64,000 nt of DNA, taken from assembly GCA_036172245.1 (NCBI GenBank), contig JAYWIR010000005.1, positions 1,178,001 to 1,242,000 on the forward strand. The letters are read 5' to 3'. This DNA comes from Raillietiella orientalis. Taxonomy: Eukaryota. The notes beneath the pieces were generated by a model, which was not told where the DNA came from, did no database searches, and saw nothing but the letters and a program-made list of their open reading frames with translations. Positions 62,835 to 64,000 of this stretch are shown here, one piece after another (the stretch's first letter is position 1; each line of letters opens with the position of its first letter). Made by a program: the position numbers and the translations under genes.

Positions 62835-64000
62835 GTAATTGCCCACCACCTTGATCCGTACGCAGTTCCCATTAGAAAGCGAATATCCGCTTCCTTTTCT
62901 GGTCCTAGCCCCGAGACGCCCGTCTTTCTCCCCTCTCCTGCGGCTGAAAACGTGTTAATTGGTGACCGGTTCCCGTGTGTGGGGGGAGCTCGCTAAGCCT
63001 CGGGGGAGAGTGTGTCCGTTCGCACCTGGGGAACGGTTAAAGGTGTTGCGCTCCCTTCTCCCGACTTTCACCGGGTGTGCAAGTCCAGGAGCAGCCGCTC
63101 TGAAATCCCGATGCGCTCTGCCATCTTCCCAGCTAGCGCGCTGCCATTTTTTCGAGACCTCCTCCGTCTTTCAAGAAGTTTCGAGCGTCGCGGCTGGAGG
63201 GCGACTTTCGCACAGTCCGAGTCGTCGGGCTGGTTCCCTCGCGGCCGGCGGGTCCTTCCTGCTGCCACAGCGCTTGCTCCCTGTTGCGGGTTCCCGTGAA
63301 AAATTGGGGATGCGCGGAACCGGTACAGATTCGTTCAAGCCACCGGTCATCATCATCATGTTTGTCAGTGCGCCCTGTACAGTTTTGCGTTTTGCTGGGG
63401 GGGGGGGGAGGGGGGGGACACCACATAGCAGAGCCTTGTCTCGTTGATGGGCTGCCTGACTTCTGTCACGTTTCTGCTCCACCTCGCGCTTCCAAGATTG
63501 CAGGTCGCCTTCTCCACGGTCGTCGTTCAAGGTGCCGTGGTCGTTTCGGTTCTCCGCGTCAATTGCTCGCTCCTTGTTGAGTGTTCGTCGAGGGGTTCCT
63601 TTCCTTTTGTTTACGTACAACCTGTGTACAAAGCCGACAGCGGCCGGTATCAGAGTGATGGAAATGTTTCCTTTGTTATGGTCTCTGTCTCTGTCTCTCT
63701 TCATTCTCCTGATGCACGGCCATCGAGAATGGAAGAGTACATTTTGCAGCACGTTGAATGAATTCCAGGAGACAGAGCATGCGGATGGCGATGGACCCTT
63801 CAGCACTGGTTTACTCGGTTTTTATCGGTATATCTTGATTCCGTCCATCTCTCCTCTCGGAAAACAGCGCGCGTCCAAAGAGCTCTCTCTTCTCCCAACC
63901 TGAACGGGTTTCCATTTTTCGGGCAGCTTTTTGTAGCCGAGGACGTTATTCCTTCCGATTCTGGAAAATTCCGTAGTGCCCCGTGCGATCTCGTCCGCTT

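Overview
Eukaryotic nuclear DNA from a metazoan, probably an invertebrate, with spliceosomal introns. There is no prokaryotic or CRISPR content. I traced three recognisable intron-containing genes by hand, all on the + strand: (1) the 3' ten exons of an FMNL/FRL-type formin (1127-8841), (2) a complete 15-exon DDX42 DEAD-box helicase (18615-31562, about 748 aa), and (3) the PDZ-encoding exons of an ARHGAP21/23-like RhoGAP (60234-62834, continuing past the window). An orphan terminal coding exon lies on the - strand (10272-10619). The interval ~34.5-46.2 kb is a nest of decayed Tx1/L1-like non-LTR retrotransposon pieces. It is associated with a repeat family that has a tRNA-like T-arm/B-box head (three copies) and with triplicated 3' ends carrying conserved stem-loops. 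The most unusual signals are: two tracts that have lost almost all cytosines on the + strand, one of them inside a decayed LINE ORF1 (deaminase-type hypermutation or NUMT); an extreme kb-scale GC/CpG mosaic that follows the 5' part of gene bodies; and two GC-AG introns among 25 traced, with generally degenerate donor sites. All family assignments come from recalled motifs, and no database search was run.
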